Origin: a virus
Direction: 5' to 3' (one strand)
DNA: 64,000 nt
IMG/VR virus record: IMGVR_UViG_3300049215_000481
Location: 14,857 to 78,856 of that record
Position 1 is the first letter of the stretch. Each line of letters opens with the position of its first letter. The notes beneath the pieces were generated by a model that saw only the letters and a list, made by a program, of their open reading frames with translations, was not told the origin of the DNA and did no database searches. The position numbers and the translations under genes are program-made. Below are positions 56,064 through 64,000 of the stretch, piece after piece.

Positions 56064-58272
56064 CTTCTTCTTCCTTCTCGGGTTTCGTTTCGGTTTGCTT
56101 CTGGCTTTGCTCCAGCGACGGCTGGACCACGAGCAAGTCGTCCAATGCGAACGGCTTCTCGGTCTTGAACTTAGTGAGGACGGCGAACACGATGGAGCCG
56201 GCCAGGGAGCCTTTGAACAGCTCCGGGATGACGCCGGCCTTGCCGCCCCACTTCACGAACTGCATGCGAGCCCCGGCGACATCGAGGACGACCTCGCACG
56301 CCTCCTTCTTCTCGTCGCCCCACGTGAACGGCCTGGTCGACTCGACGTAGGCGGCGACTGCCACCTGGAGCATCTCGTCTTCTGCTAGCGTGGTGCGGTC
56401 AGCGCGCTCGACCTCCGACGCCGACATCACGTCCAGCTTGATGACGCGCGACGAGTTCGGCGGCTGCCAGTTGATCACCGGCCCGTCGTTCGTGTCCTCG
56501 ACGAAATCTGTGGCGCCCCTGATCTCGGGCAGGAGATCCATCGAGTACGCCGGCAGGATGCTCTTCTTGATCTGGAAGCGCTTGAGCCGGCTGAGGTCCC
56601 ACTTGGCCTTGTCGACCGTCTGCGGCTTGACCAGCTTCGGCTTCTCGGCGCCCGGCCTCTTGGCCAGCTCCTCGTTGGTGGCGTTGACCGCGGCAGCCAG
56701 CGCGCGCTCGAAGTCATTGAGCTGCTCGCCTAGGTGCATCTCGGGCGGGAACAGCGAGTCCATCGAGCCGGACAGGATCAGCTTCTCGACCACACCTCGG
56801 TTGAGTGCGCTGTTCCCTCGCTTGAACGTCGCCACCTCCTCGGTGATCTCCGGCGAGACGAGCTTCCCCTCCTCGTTGCGGTACTTGTTCTTCGTGTCCT
56901 TGCGAGTCTTCAGCTTCGTGACCCACTCGCCGCCGCGCACCCGGTGCAGGTCGATCTTCCGGCAGAAGTCGTCGATGTCCGTGTATGGGGCGTACGCCGT
57001 GAGCTGCGCCTGGGCCTTGTCACCGACGCCGTGGAGGAGGTTCAGCGGGGCACGGATGCGCGTCCCTTGGATCTCGAAGTTCTCACCCGACAGCTTCACG
57101 TCCGGGAGGTCGATGAGCTGGCCGCAGTGGCGCCAGAACTTCTCCTGGATCTCGGTCTTGTCCGCGTTGCGGAGGATGGCCGTCCACCACTCCAGCGGGT
57201 AGTGATGCTTGAGGTACGCGCAGGCGTAGCCGTCGACCGAGTAGCAGACGGAGTGCGACTTGTTGAAGCCGTACTTCGCCCAGGTGATGAAGAACTGCCA
57301 GGCCGCTTCGGCGTTCTCCTTGCCGATCTTCGCGCCGGCCTTCTCGATGAAGGGCTTGTAGGCCTTCTCGATCTTCGCCTTCTTCTTCTTGGCGACGTTC
57401 GAGCGGAACTCCTCGGCGTCCGACCCCGAGCAGCCCGTGAGCTGCTGGTACACGCGCTGGAGCTGCTCCTGATAGACCATGACCCCGTACGTCTCGGGAA
57501 TCAGCTCATTGAAGATCTGGAGGACGTCCGGGCTCGGGTTCGCGCCGCGTGCCCGCCGCGCGTACTCGACCAGCATGTTGTGCTTCTTGTTGGGCTCGTC
57601 CGGGTTGCTGACCGGGATGTCGAGCGGGCCGGGGCGGTCGAGCGCCGTGAAGGCCGACATGGCCTCGATCGAGTCGATGGCGTAGTTGCCGTTCGGCTTC
57701 CTGTAGGCGAAGTGCTCCAGCCACTGCACGGCGCCCGGCGTGTTGAACTGGAACACCGTCTCGGTCTTGCCGGTGGCGACGTCAGCGAACACCGCCTGGT
57801 CACCTGGCAGGTCCCAGATGTCCACGAACTTGTCGCCCATCGGCAGCAGACGCTGCGAGGGGACGCGGCGGCCGTTGAGGATGATGGAGAACCGCTTCTC
57901 GCGGGGCGGCCCGCTCCATCCAACCAGGTTCTCCTCGTGGTCGATGATGCGGTACTGGCTCATGTCGACGTTGTGCGCGTACCGGCTCTGGATGAGCTGG
58001 ATGGCGTCGCCGATGTCGTCGAGACACCCGAGGCCGAGGAAGTCCATCTTCAGACCGCCGACCGCCTCGACGCTCGGGGCGGTGTACGCGGTGACCATGA
58101 CGTCGGACACGGACGTCAGCGGAATGAACTCGGAGATGGGGCGGTTCGCGATGACGAACGCGCAGTTGTGAACAATTACCCCGCTTTCGTGAATGAAGCT
58201 GTGGTCGCCGTGCTCGACCGACAGGTCGTACACAGGCTGGACACCTAGAGAGCGCGCGGCAACGATCTTCAC
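56020..58272 (-). CDS. dnaE: DNA polymerase III alpha, C-terminal part, with a 36-aa C-intein at its N-terminus
   Basis: MKIV..RSLG.QPVYDLSV..HSF....VHN|C then KMDFLGL, VFQF, RPGP, TYGVMVYQEQ, YGFNKSHS, YLK.HYP, HhH. Confidence 0.93.
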   Translation of the reverse strand: MKIVAARSLGVQPVYDLSVEHGDHSFIHESGVIVHNCAFVIANRPISEFIPLTSVSDVMVTAYTAPSVEAVGGLKMDFLGLGCLDDIGDAIQLIQSRYAHNVDMSQYRIIDHEENLVGWSGPPREKRFSIILNGRRVPSQRLLPMGDKFVDIWDLPGDQAVFADVATGKTETVFQFNTPGAVQWLEHFAYRKPNGNYAIDSIEAMSAFTALDRPGPLDIPVSNPDEPNKKHNMLVEYARRARGANPSPDVLQIFNELIPETYGVMVYQEQLQRVYQQLTGCSGSDAEEFRSNVAKKKKAKIEKAYKPFIEKAGAKIGKENAEAAWQFFITWAKYGFNKSHSVCYSVDGYACAYLKHHYPLEWWTAILRNADKTEIQEKFWRHCGQLIDLPDVKLSGENFEIQGTRIRAPLNLLHGVGDKAQAQLTAYAPYTDIDDFCRKIDLHRVRGGEWVTKLKTRKDTKNKYRNEEGKLVSPEITEEVATFKRGNSALNRGVVEKLILSGSMDSLFPPEMHLGEQLNDFERALAAAVNATNEELAKRPGAEKPKLVKPQTVDKAKWDLSRLKRFQIKKSILPAYSMDLLPEIRGATDFVEDTNDGPVINWQPPNSSRVIKLDVMSASEVERADRTTLAEDEMLQVAVAAYVESTRPFTWGDEKKEACEVVLDVAGARMQFVKWGGKAGVIPELFKGSLAGSIVFAVLTKFKTEKPFALDDLLVVQPSLEQSQKQTETKPEKEEEDEAGTEADVGSDPE
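58165..58272 (-). mobile_element. Split intein C-fragment (36 aa)
   Basis: Block F (VYDLSV) and block G (VHN|C). Confidence 0.9.
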
Positions 58273-58322
58273 AGGCTCACCAGCGCTGCGTCACATTGAT
58301 ACCTGTGACACCACCCCTTCAT
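58269..58322 (-). CDS. 17-aa bridging ORF (MKGWCHRYQCDAALVSL)
   Basis: Start overlaps the HNH stop (ATGA); stop overlaps the dnaE-C start (GTGA). Confidence 0.4.
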   Translation of the reverse strand: MKGWCHRYQCDAALVSL

Positions 58323-58867
58323 GGTTCCAACCTACTCAGTACCCGGCCCACCTCGATCATCGTCTCGTACTTCATATTGTCACCTCGCACTCGGTTACAG
58401 CGCACACAGCTCGGCACGCAGTTCCCCTTGATGTGTCCTAGCGCGTTCTCGATGCGATCGAGCCCAGTTGCTGGCCGGTCGCAGTATGTGCACTTGGCTC
58501 TGACGGCACTGAGGCAGTCATTGACGTCGAGGTCGAAGCCCCTCCCAGCCTTACGATCGTGCTGGCGGTAGACGTGTCGCATCCTGATCGCACGCCGTTC
58601 TTCTTCCGTCCCGTAGATGATCCGCGAGTCATAAGCGCAGCGCCGGCACCAGTAGCCGGTCTTTTTGAGCGCAGTCCACGGGCGCTCCCATTGATGTCCC
58701 GAGGCGCACTCCCAGGTAGAGTTTCCGGTCGCCCGCCCTGGCCATGAGACAAGTCGCCCGCCTCTAGCTGAGGCGTACCCCTCGGCCTCTCCACGTTTCC
58801 AGTCGCAGCCACGTCTACGAGAACCAGCTCCACCCCCACTTGCATCGCCAGCGCGATCTCCATCCAC
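58319..58867 (-). CDS. HNH endonuclease between the dnaE halves (start uncertain)
   Basis: ARGG.L...WECASGHQW..WCRRC; CTYCD..GLDRIEN..GH..GNCVPSCVRCNRVR; possible GTG start at 58867 with GGAG 5 nt upstream. Confidence 0.8.
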   Translation of the reverse strand: MDGDRAGDASGGGAGSRRRGCDWKRGEAEGYASARGGRLVSWPGRATGNSTWECASGHQWERPWTALKKTGYWCRRCAYDSRIIYGTEEERRAIRMRHVYRQHDRKAGRGFDLDVNDCLSAVRAKCTYCDRPATGLDRIENALGHIKGNCVPSCVRCNRVRGDNMKYETMIEVGRVLSRLEP

Positions 58868-61008
58868 CCACGCTCCGTCATCACTAGGTGATCTGGCGTG
58901 CACCGGATCTTGCTCCCGTTCTCCAGGCAGTACTCGACCACCTCGCGTTCTCCTTGGTGAAGGAGCGTAGCTTTGGCGGGAATCTGGTTCCCCGTGAGGA
59001 CTGTGCGGCCGTCGCACTCTTTGATGGGCTTTGTCTCGTTGCACGAAAGTAAGATTGCTTCTCCACCAGGGAAGCACGCGTGCCGGCCCTTCTGTCGCGC
59101 CAGGCCGAGGCACTTCTGGACGATCTCCCAGTCCTGCGGATACGCGTTGATGTAGTCGCGCAGCGCGGGGTCGTACTCGACGGAGCCCTGGACGTGGCCC
59201 TCGTCGGTGTCGTAGCCCATGACGAAGTCGAAGTCCGTCACGCCCTGCGGCGGCTTGATGAACTTCTTCGAGTATCTCGCGATGTCCGGCGCGACGTGCC
59301 CGCGCATCGCGCGCGAGACGTCCATGACGGCCATGCTGACCTTCAGCGTGCTGTCGACCGAGATCTGCGCGTAGTGGTCGCCGAAGCGCTTCTTGAGCCA
59401 CCCGTTCACCGGGTCGATCAGCAGCTCGCGGCGTCGCTTCGGGAGGTCCTGATCGATGTCGGGGAGCTTCCCGGACTCGATGCGGTCCTGCGTGAGGAAG
59501 CGCTCCATCGACAGCTCGTACTTGAGCGGGTCGACGTGCGTGATGCCGATGAGGTAGGTCAGCAGCATGCCGGCCGCCGAACCACGACCCGGGCCCGTGA
59601 GGTAGCCGAGACGCTCGAAGAAGGAGCACACCTCTTCGTCGACGAAGAAGTACGGCAGGAGGTCGATGGTGCGGTTCTCGTGCAGCAGCGTGATCTCGGC
59701 TCGGAGCCGGTCGACGTAGCGCTTGTCGCTCCAGTCCATCCGGCCGTGCCGCTGGATGAGGTCGCGGGTGTAGCGCAGGGAGTTGTGGCGGTCGCCGGGG
59801 ATGAACCACGGCTGCAGCTCGTACTTCTCCTCGTAGAACTTGGTGGGCAGCGACGGCGGCGAATCGAAGACGAAGCCCTTGAACCGCTCGGCCCACTCGT
59901 GGGTGTTCTCCACCCATCCCTCGAAGGTCTTCTCCGAGGTGAAGAGCTTGTTCTTGAAGTAGTGGAGCGCCTCTTCGCTGGACTGCCGGTGGTAGTTGCC
60001 GTAGAAGCGCCACGAGCCCGACTGAGCCAGGCGCACGTCCTGGACGACCTTCTCGTCGATCTTCGCGTAGTGCGAGTCGTCTCCGATGAGGACCTTGCAG
60101 TCGAACTGCCGCGCGAGGGCGATCATCATCTTGTTGAGACCGGCCTGCACGTCGCCATCGGGTGCCCACGGGCGGCACTCGTTCGGCATGAACTCCTCGA
60201 CGTACTCGACGTTCGTGATCTCGACCTCTGGCATCTCGCGCCAGACGGAGTAGTCCTTGATGGACCGCAGGACCTTGTGCTCGTTCGACTTGGTGCCCCA
60301 CGCCGAGGCAAGAGCCGCCGCGCGGATCTCGCCGACGTTCGTCAGGAACCACTTCTTGTCGTGGAACTTCGCGCGCGTGCCGTCTGCGAGCGTGATGAAC
60401 ACGCCCTTGACCCAGTTCTTCGACGTGTCGTGCGGGTTGACCTCGACGTACAGGTTCCCGGGCTTGACGATCGACTTCAGGCGCTCGAAGTACTTGATCG
60501 CCATCGGCACGTCGTTGTTTTCGAGGACGTGGCGCTGGACCATGCCGATCATGCAGCCGGTCGTCATCGTCACGTTGTGAGAGGCCAGCTCTTCGAGGTT
60601 GGCCCAGTTGAAAAGCGGCTTGCGCTCCTTGCCGTGGAACTCGGCGCGCACGTCTGCCTTCGACAGCAACCGGACACCGCACTCGTAGGCGGCCTGGTCC
60701 AGGAAGTGGAGGGTGATGTGGCAGTACTTCAGGTAGTCGACGTACGTGCCGTCCTCGTTCTTGGGCACGCCCGCGGCCTGGAAGATCGGGCAGTCGTCGT
60801 CTCGGAAGTAGCCTTCGAGACCGAGCACCGGAGTGAGCCCTCTGGCCTTGCCGAGGTCGTAGACCTTGCGACAGGCAGCGAGGCTCCCGTGGTCGGTCAC
60901 CGTGATGACCCCGGAGCCCAGCTCGACCTCTCGGTCTGCGAACGCTTCAGGGGTCGAGGCTGAGTCGAGCGACTGGGGATGACAGTGACAGGTAGCGAAG
61001 TTCCGCAC
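58438..61008 (-). CDS. dnaE: DNA polymerase III alpha, N-terminal part (PHP plus palm) ending in an N-intein
   Basis: HCH..SLD, TDHG, GLEGY, DSHY, GPGRGSAAG, LIGITHVDP, ERFL, PDIDQD, GRHA|CFP. Confidence 0.93.
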   Translation of the reverse strand: MRNFATCHCHPQSLDSASTPEAFADREVELGSGVITVTDHGSLAACRKVYDLGKARGLTPVLGLEGYFRDDDCPIFQAAGVPKNEDGTYVDYLKYCHITLHFLDQAAYECGVRLLSKADVRAEFHGKERKPLFNWANLEELASHNVTMTTGCMIGMVQRHVLENNDVPMAIKYFERLKSIVKPGNLYVEVNPHDTSKNWVKGVFITLADGTRAKFHDKKWFLTNVGEIRAAALASAWGTKSNEHKVLRSIKDYSVWREMPEVEITNVEYVEEFMPNECRPWAPDGDVQAGLNKMMIALARQFDCKVLIGDDSHYAKIDEKVVQDVRLAQSGSWRFYGNYHRQSSEEALHYFKNKLFTSEKTFEGWVENTHEWAERFKGFVFDSPPSLPTKFYEEKYELQPWFIPGDRHNSLRYTRDLIQRHGRMDWSDKRYVDRLRAEITLLHENRTIDLLPYFFVDEEVCSFFERLGYLTGPGRGSAAGMLLTYLIGITHVDPLKYELSMERFLTQDRIESGKLPDIDQDLPKRRRELLIDPVNGWLKKRFGDHYAQISVDSTLKVSMAVMDVSRAMRGHVAPDIARYSKKFIKPPQGVTDFDFVMGYDTDEGHVQGSVEYDPALRDYINAYPQDWEIVQKCLGLARQKGRHACFPGGEAILLSCNETKPIKECDGRTVLTGNQIPAKATLLHQGEREVVEYCLENGSKIRCTPDHLVMTERGWMEIALAMQVGVELVLVDVAATGNVERPRGTPQLEAGDLSHGQGGRPETLPGSAPRDINGSARGLRSKRPATGAGAALMTRGSSTGRKKNGVRSGCDTSTASTIVRLGGASTSTSMTASVPSEPSAHTATGQQLGSIASRTR
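58800..59076 (-). mobile_element. Split intein N-fragment
   Basis: Block A (C1 FPGGEAI) at 59076; block B (LENGSKIRCTPDH.VMTERGW); end coordinate approximate. Confidence 0.88.
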
Positions 61009-61032
61009 GCCCGGGGCTAATAGCGAATGTCG

Positions 61033-61227
61033 CTACTGCTTCTTGGGCTCGGTCCTCGGCAGCACGAACTTGTTGTGCCGCGTCTCCCACTCGGTCAGGA
61101 ACGGCTGCGAGTACCCTTCGTCGGTCTTCCACGTTCGTGGACAGTCCACACACCCGATCGTCTTCCCCATGTCCTTGAACACGAGGTGCAGGTGCACGCA
61201 GTTCGGGCCGCCCTCCTCGGGCTTCAC
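61033..61227 (-). CDS. Small Cys/His protein
   Basis: CxH...CxxC; GTGA-coupled. Confidence 0.55.
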   Translation of the reverse strand: MKPEEGGPNCVHLHLVFKDMGKTIGCVDCPRTWKTDEGYSQPFLTEWETRHNKFVLPRTEPKKQ

Positions 61228-61442
61228 GGCTTCACGCCCATCGCTGTGCGCAGCTTCTCGATGATGGTGTCCATCTTCTCCTGCACCTCGTCCTCTGAGA
61301 TGCCGAGGGCGCTCGCGATGACGTGGTCAGGACAGCCGTCCGGGTAGCGCTCTTCGAGGCGGCTCAGGCTGTTGCCGAACCGGCGCGCGCAGACGAAGTC
61401 GGGGTCCGTCTCGATCAACTTCTTTACCTCCGCTTCGTTCAT
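61224..61442 (-). CDS. Small sigma70 region-4-like HTH protein
   Basis: RYPDGCPDHVIASALGISEDEVQEKMDTIIEKLR. Confidence 0.6.
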   Translation of the reverse strand: MNEAEVKKLIETDPDFVCARRFGNSLSRLEERYPDGCPDHVIASALGISEDEVQEKMDTIIEKLRTAMGVKP

Positions 61443-61843
61443 GCAGTCTTGCCCGGGAAGGGGATGACCTGGCCGTACTCGGCGTGCATCGCGCGAGCCT
61501 TCCCCAGGTTCTTCTCGTTCTGTTCGATCTCGCCCTGGATAGTCAGGCGCGCGCGGTCGATGATGCTCATATCATTGAGCACCTTCTCCAGCTCGATCTC
61601 CGCTGCCTCGATGAGCCTGGCGATGCCAGCCAGCTCCTCCAGGTTGACCAAGTCGGCCCTCCTTCGGAGGTGCTCTTGGTTGCCCTGCTGGAGCTTGATG
61701 CGGCTCTCGATGGCCTTCCGCTTCTCCGCGAAGCGCTCGTATTCTCCGTCGAGGCGGGTGAGCTGACCTTTGTTGTTCCGCAGCGCGTCCTTGAAATTGG
61801 AGATGGCTGCCTTCAGCTCCTGGATCTCCTCTTTCGCCGGCAC
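61439..61843 (-). CDS. Coiled-coil protein
   Basis: Heptad-rich, 134 aa. Confidence 0.65.
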   Translation of the reverse strand: MPAKEEIQELKAAISNFKDALRNNKGQLTRLDGEYERFAEKRKAIESRIKLQQGNQEHLRRRADLVNLEELAGIARLIEAAEIELEKVLNDMSIIDRARLTIQGEIEQNEKNLGKARAMHAEYGQVIPFPGKTA

Positions 61844-61844
61844 C

Positions 61845-63440
61845 TCACGCTCTCCATCGTCCGTCGATGATGATGAGCATCTGCCTCTTGCCGTCGGCGT
61901 TGATCACGCAGTGAGCGTTCAACCAGGACGAGGGCGCGCCCTCCGTGTACTCCAGCGTCAGCTCCGTCGACGTCCCGACCTGCCAGCACCCCTCCAGGAT
62001 GCCCGGCGAGTGGGAGTGGCCGATGATCGACCTGACGCCAAGGTTGCGGTGGTTCCGGATGCTGCCGCGGGCTCCGTTCGGGCCGCGATCGCCGTGCATG
62101 ATCAGCTCGATGCCGGCGATCTGGTAGCTCTGCTTGCCGACCAGCGTGTCGATGTTGTCGCAGTCGACGATCTGCGGGAACAGCATCGGCAACGGCGACG
62201 GATAGCGGGTGCCGAAGCCGGGCTCGAACGTCGTCTCCTCGACCATCTGAAGGGCCGTCTTGAGATAGAACTTCGCGTTGGCCGGGTCTTGTCGCCAGTC
62301 GTTGTTGACGATCCAGCGGCGCAGGAAGTCGTTGTGGTTGCTGGGGACGACGACGGACTTCGTGCCGGCCGGCGTGTGGTCCTTGACGTAGCGACAGCCA
62401 CGCTCGACCTCGCCACCCACCGCGCTCATCCCGCTCTGCATCTTGGCGATGCTGTTGAAGATGTTGCCCTTGTGATGAGGGTTGCAGGAGTACGCGTCGA
62501 CGAGGTCGTGCCAGACGAGCTGCTCGGGATTGAGCACCTCGACGATGCCGCCCTTGCCGAAGGTCGCAGACTCCACACCCTTCGCGATGAAGTCGGTGTG
62601 CGTGTCACCCATCACGAGGGCGAGGGCGCGGGGCGCCGCTTCGATGCGGTCCTCGTAGTAGCGTGTGTCGAGGTCGGTGAACGACTGCGTCTTCGTGTCG
62701 AAGTTGAGCTGGCGGAGGAAGAAGCGCTTGCCGACGATCTCGACGACCAGGGCGCTGAGGGTGTGGTGGAACCGCCCGATACGCCCGGCCTTGCTGTCGG
62801 TGTAGTTCGGCACCGTGCAGGCGCCCGTGGTGGTGAGGATCTTCGGCATCCGGTTGCCGGGCGTCGGGATGCTCTTCAGCTCCATGCGCGGGTGCCCGAT
62901 GATTGCGGACGAGCGCCCCGTGATGCCCTCGTAGCCCTCCAGCGGCTTCGTCGAGGTCGGCTGAGTCTTGCTCTCACCCATGAGGATGAGGTTCTGGTTG
63001 AGGACCTTCGTCTGGTTCCAGAGGTACGGCTGGACCTGGGGCGCCCACCGCTCCTCGTTCGCCTGCGACGCCGTCCACCGCGACGTCGGGTTCTTGTAGC
63101 GGATCGGAACGACCAGCAGCTCAGCGTCCCGGTGCTCCGCCATCTTCTTGAGGCAGCCCCAGAACACGTCGTGAACAGGCGTCGCGTTCTGGGCGCTGGT
63201 GATGATGTACGTCCGCGCGTCCTCGTCGAGCTTCCGCTTGAAGACTGTCGGCCTCTTGCTGGCGCCGGTGTTGCCGTTCTTCTTGCGCAGCGTGCCCTCG
63301 GTCGAGGTTGTGGAGCCGTGGTAGTAGTCACGGCCCCTGCACTCCCAGCGGGTCTGACCGGCAGGAGTCTTCGACCGGGGCTTCATCGGCTTGTCACACT
63401 CGGGACAAACCGGCGCTGTCTCTTTCGACGAGTCGGACAT
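61845..63440 (-). CDS. Calcineurin-like metallophosphoesterase-domain protein with N-terminal zinc ribbon
   Basis: GDTH, HDLVD, SNHND, HGD, GHSH motifs. Confidence 0.82.
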   Translation of the reverse strand: MSDSSKETAPVCPECDKPMKPRSKTPAGQTRWECRGRDYYHGSTTSTEGTLRKKNGNTGASKRPTVFKRKLDEDARTYIITSAQNATPVHDVFWGCLKKMAEHRDAELLVVPIRYKNPTSRWTASQANEERWAPQVQPYLWNQTKVLNQNLILMGESKTQPTSTKPLEGYEGITGRSSAIIGHPRMELKSIPTPGNRMPKILTTTGACTVPNYTDSKAGRIGRFHHTLSALVVEIVGKRFFLRQLNFDTKTQSFTDLDTRYYEDRIEAAPRALALVMGDTHTDFIAKGVESATFGKGGIVEVLNPEQLVWHDLVDAYSCNPHHKGNIFNSIAKMQSGMSAVGGEVERGCRYVKDHTPAGTKSVVVPSNHNDFLRRWIVNNDWRQDPANAKFYLKTALQMVEETTFEPGFGTRYPSPLPMLFPQIVDCDNIDTLVGKQSYQIAGIELIMHGDRGPNGARGSIRNHRNLGVRSIIGHSHSPGILEGCWQVGTSTELTLEYTEGAPSSWLNAHCVINADGKRQMLIIIDGRWRA

Positions 63441-63449
63441 GCGCGTCGC

Positions 63450-64000
63450 TTAGGCCGCCGTCTCGTTGAGGTCGCTCGTGAGCGCCTCGTCGGTTGCCGC
63501 TGCTTCCGACTCCACCGCGTCAACCGCAGCGTTGTGTGCTGCGACCTCGGCCGCCTGGTCCGCCGCCACCTTCGCCGCAACGAAGTCGTAGATCTCGGTG
63601 ACCTCGAACTTGCCGCCGACGGGCGTGTCCACGGTCGTGCCGACCGACTGCCCCTTCAGCTTCTCCTGGAACTCCGGGAGGAACTGCCCGAAGATGAGCT
63701 GCACGCGGCCCGGCGGGATGACCTCGCCGTCGGCGGTGACCTCCTTGCCGACGACCACCGACTGCTCGGAGATGACGTCCGCCTTCACGAGAGCGCCCGA
63801 CGAGAGCTGCGTCTCCAGCGCGGCCTTCTCCGCGGCGGAGCGAGCCTCGGCGCGCTCGATGCGAGCCGCCTTGATCGCGTCGTCGATCCCCTTCTCGCCG
63901 ACCACGACCTTGATCGCCGCGATCGTCTCCTTCAGCGTGCTGATCTCGTGGGCCTGCTGGGTGAGCGTGCCCTGCAGCGCCTCGACGAGGCTCTTGTAGC
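63450..64000 (-). CDS. Hypothetical protein (5' end outside the window)
   Basis: The frame stays open to the window edge. Confidence 0.6.
   Translation of the reverse strand, partial: YKSLVEALQGTLTQQAHEISTLKETIAAIKVVVGEKGIDDAIKAARIERAEARSAAEKAALETQLSSGALVKADVISEQSVVVGKEVTADGEVIPPGRVQLIFGQFLPEFQEKLKGQSVGTTVDTPVGGKFEVTEIYDFVAAKVAADQAAEVAAHNAAVDAVESEAAATDEALTSDLNETAA

Larger units (their letters stand above)
41163..61027 (-). promoter_or_regulatory. TTCGCTAT motif, right-arm copies
   Basis: - strand at 41163-70, 42092-99, 43952-59 (AACGCTAT), 46191-98 (ATCGCTAT), 49513-20, 55318-25 and 61020-27; (C/T)AATCTT also on - at 46530-36 and 55308-14. Confidence 0.8.

Noticed and set aside
58319-60682. 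787-aa ORF as one protein
   Set aside because: The upstream ~600 aa is an off-frame read of dnaE; only the last ~165-180 aa are HNH-like
1-64000. Diversity-generating retroelement or retron
   Set aside because: No reverse transcriptase motifs and no TR/VR repeat pair noticed by eye

Overview
This window is a 64-kb slice of a large, high-GC tailed phage or prophage, probably a myovirus of a diderm host; no host housekeeping genes were recognised. Layout: (1) 1-1.3 kb is a repeat-rich stretch with no convincing gene. (2) 1.3-14.2 kb (+) holds many small accessory genes, including a NADAR, a nucleoside deoxyribosyltransferase-like protein, two HAD phosphatases, a tRNA-like structured RNA, an HNH-AP2 endonuclease and a PRPP-synthetase-like plus NAMPT-like pair (candidate NARP1 NAD+ reconstitution). 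(3) A tyrosine integrase (-) has a canonical sigma70 promoter. (4) 15.7-38.9 kb (+) is a tail/baseplate/lysis block with very large Kelch-containing baseplate proteins. (5) 39-64 kb (mostly -) holds nucleotide-metabolism and replication genes: RecD/Dda helicase, peptide deformylase, dUTPase, RNA ligase, CYTH, aminotransferase, primase, RecA, SSB, DnaE and a metallophosphoesterase. Terminase, portal, capsid, sheath and tape measure were not recognised. Main observations: (a) two phage-specific intergenic motifs split the genes into classes: TTCGCTAT (about 23 sites counting three variants, 10 of them exactly 9 nt before an ATG) before accessory/replication genes, and (C/T)AATCTT before virion genes, alongside a sigma region-2-like gene and a separate region-4-like mini gene; (b) dnaE is broken into two ORFs by a naturally split intein at a non-cyanobacterial site, with an HNH gene and a 17-codon coupling ORF between the halves; (c) a double-T-loop tRNA-like RNA; (d) a baseplate gene that appears split by a glycosyltransferase/methyltransferase insert. 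All calls come from reading motifs by eye; no searches were run.
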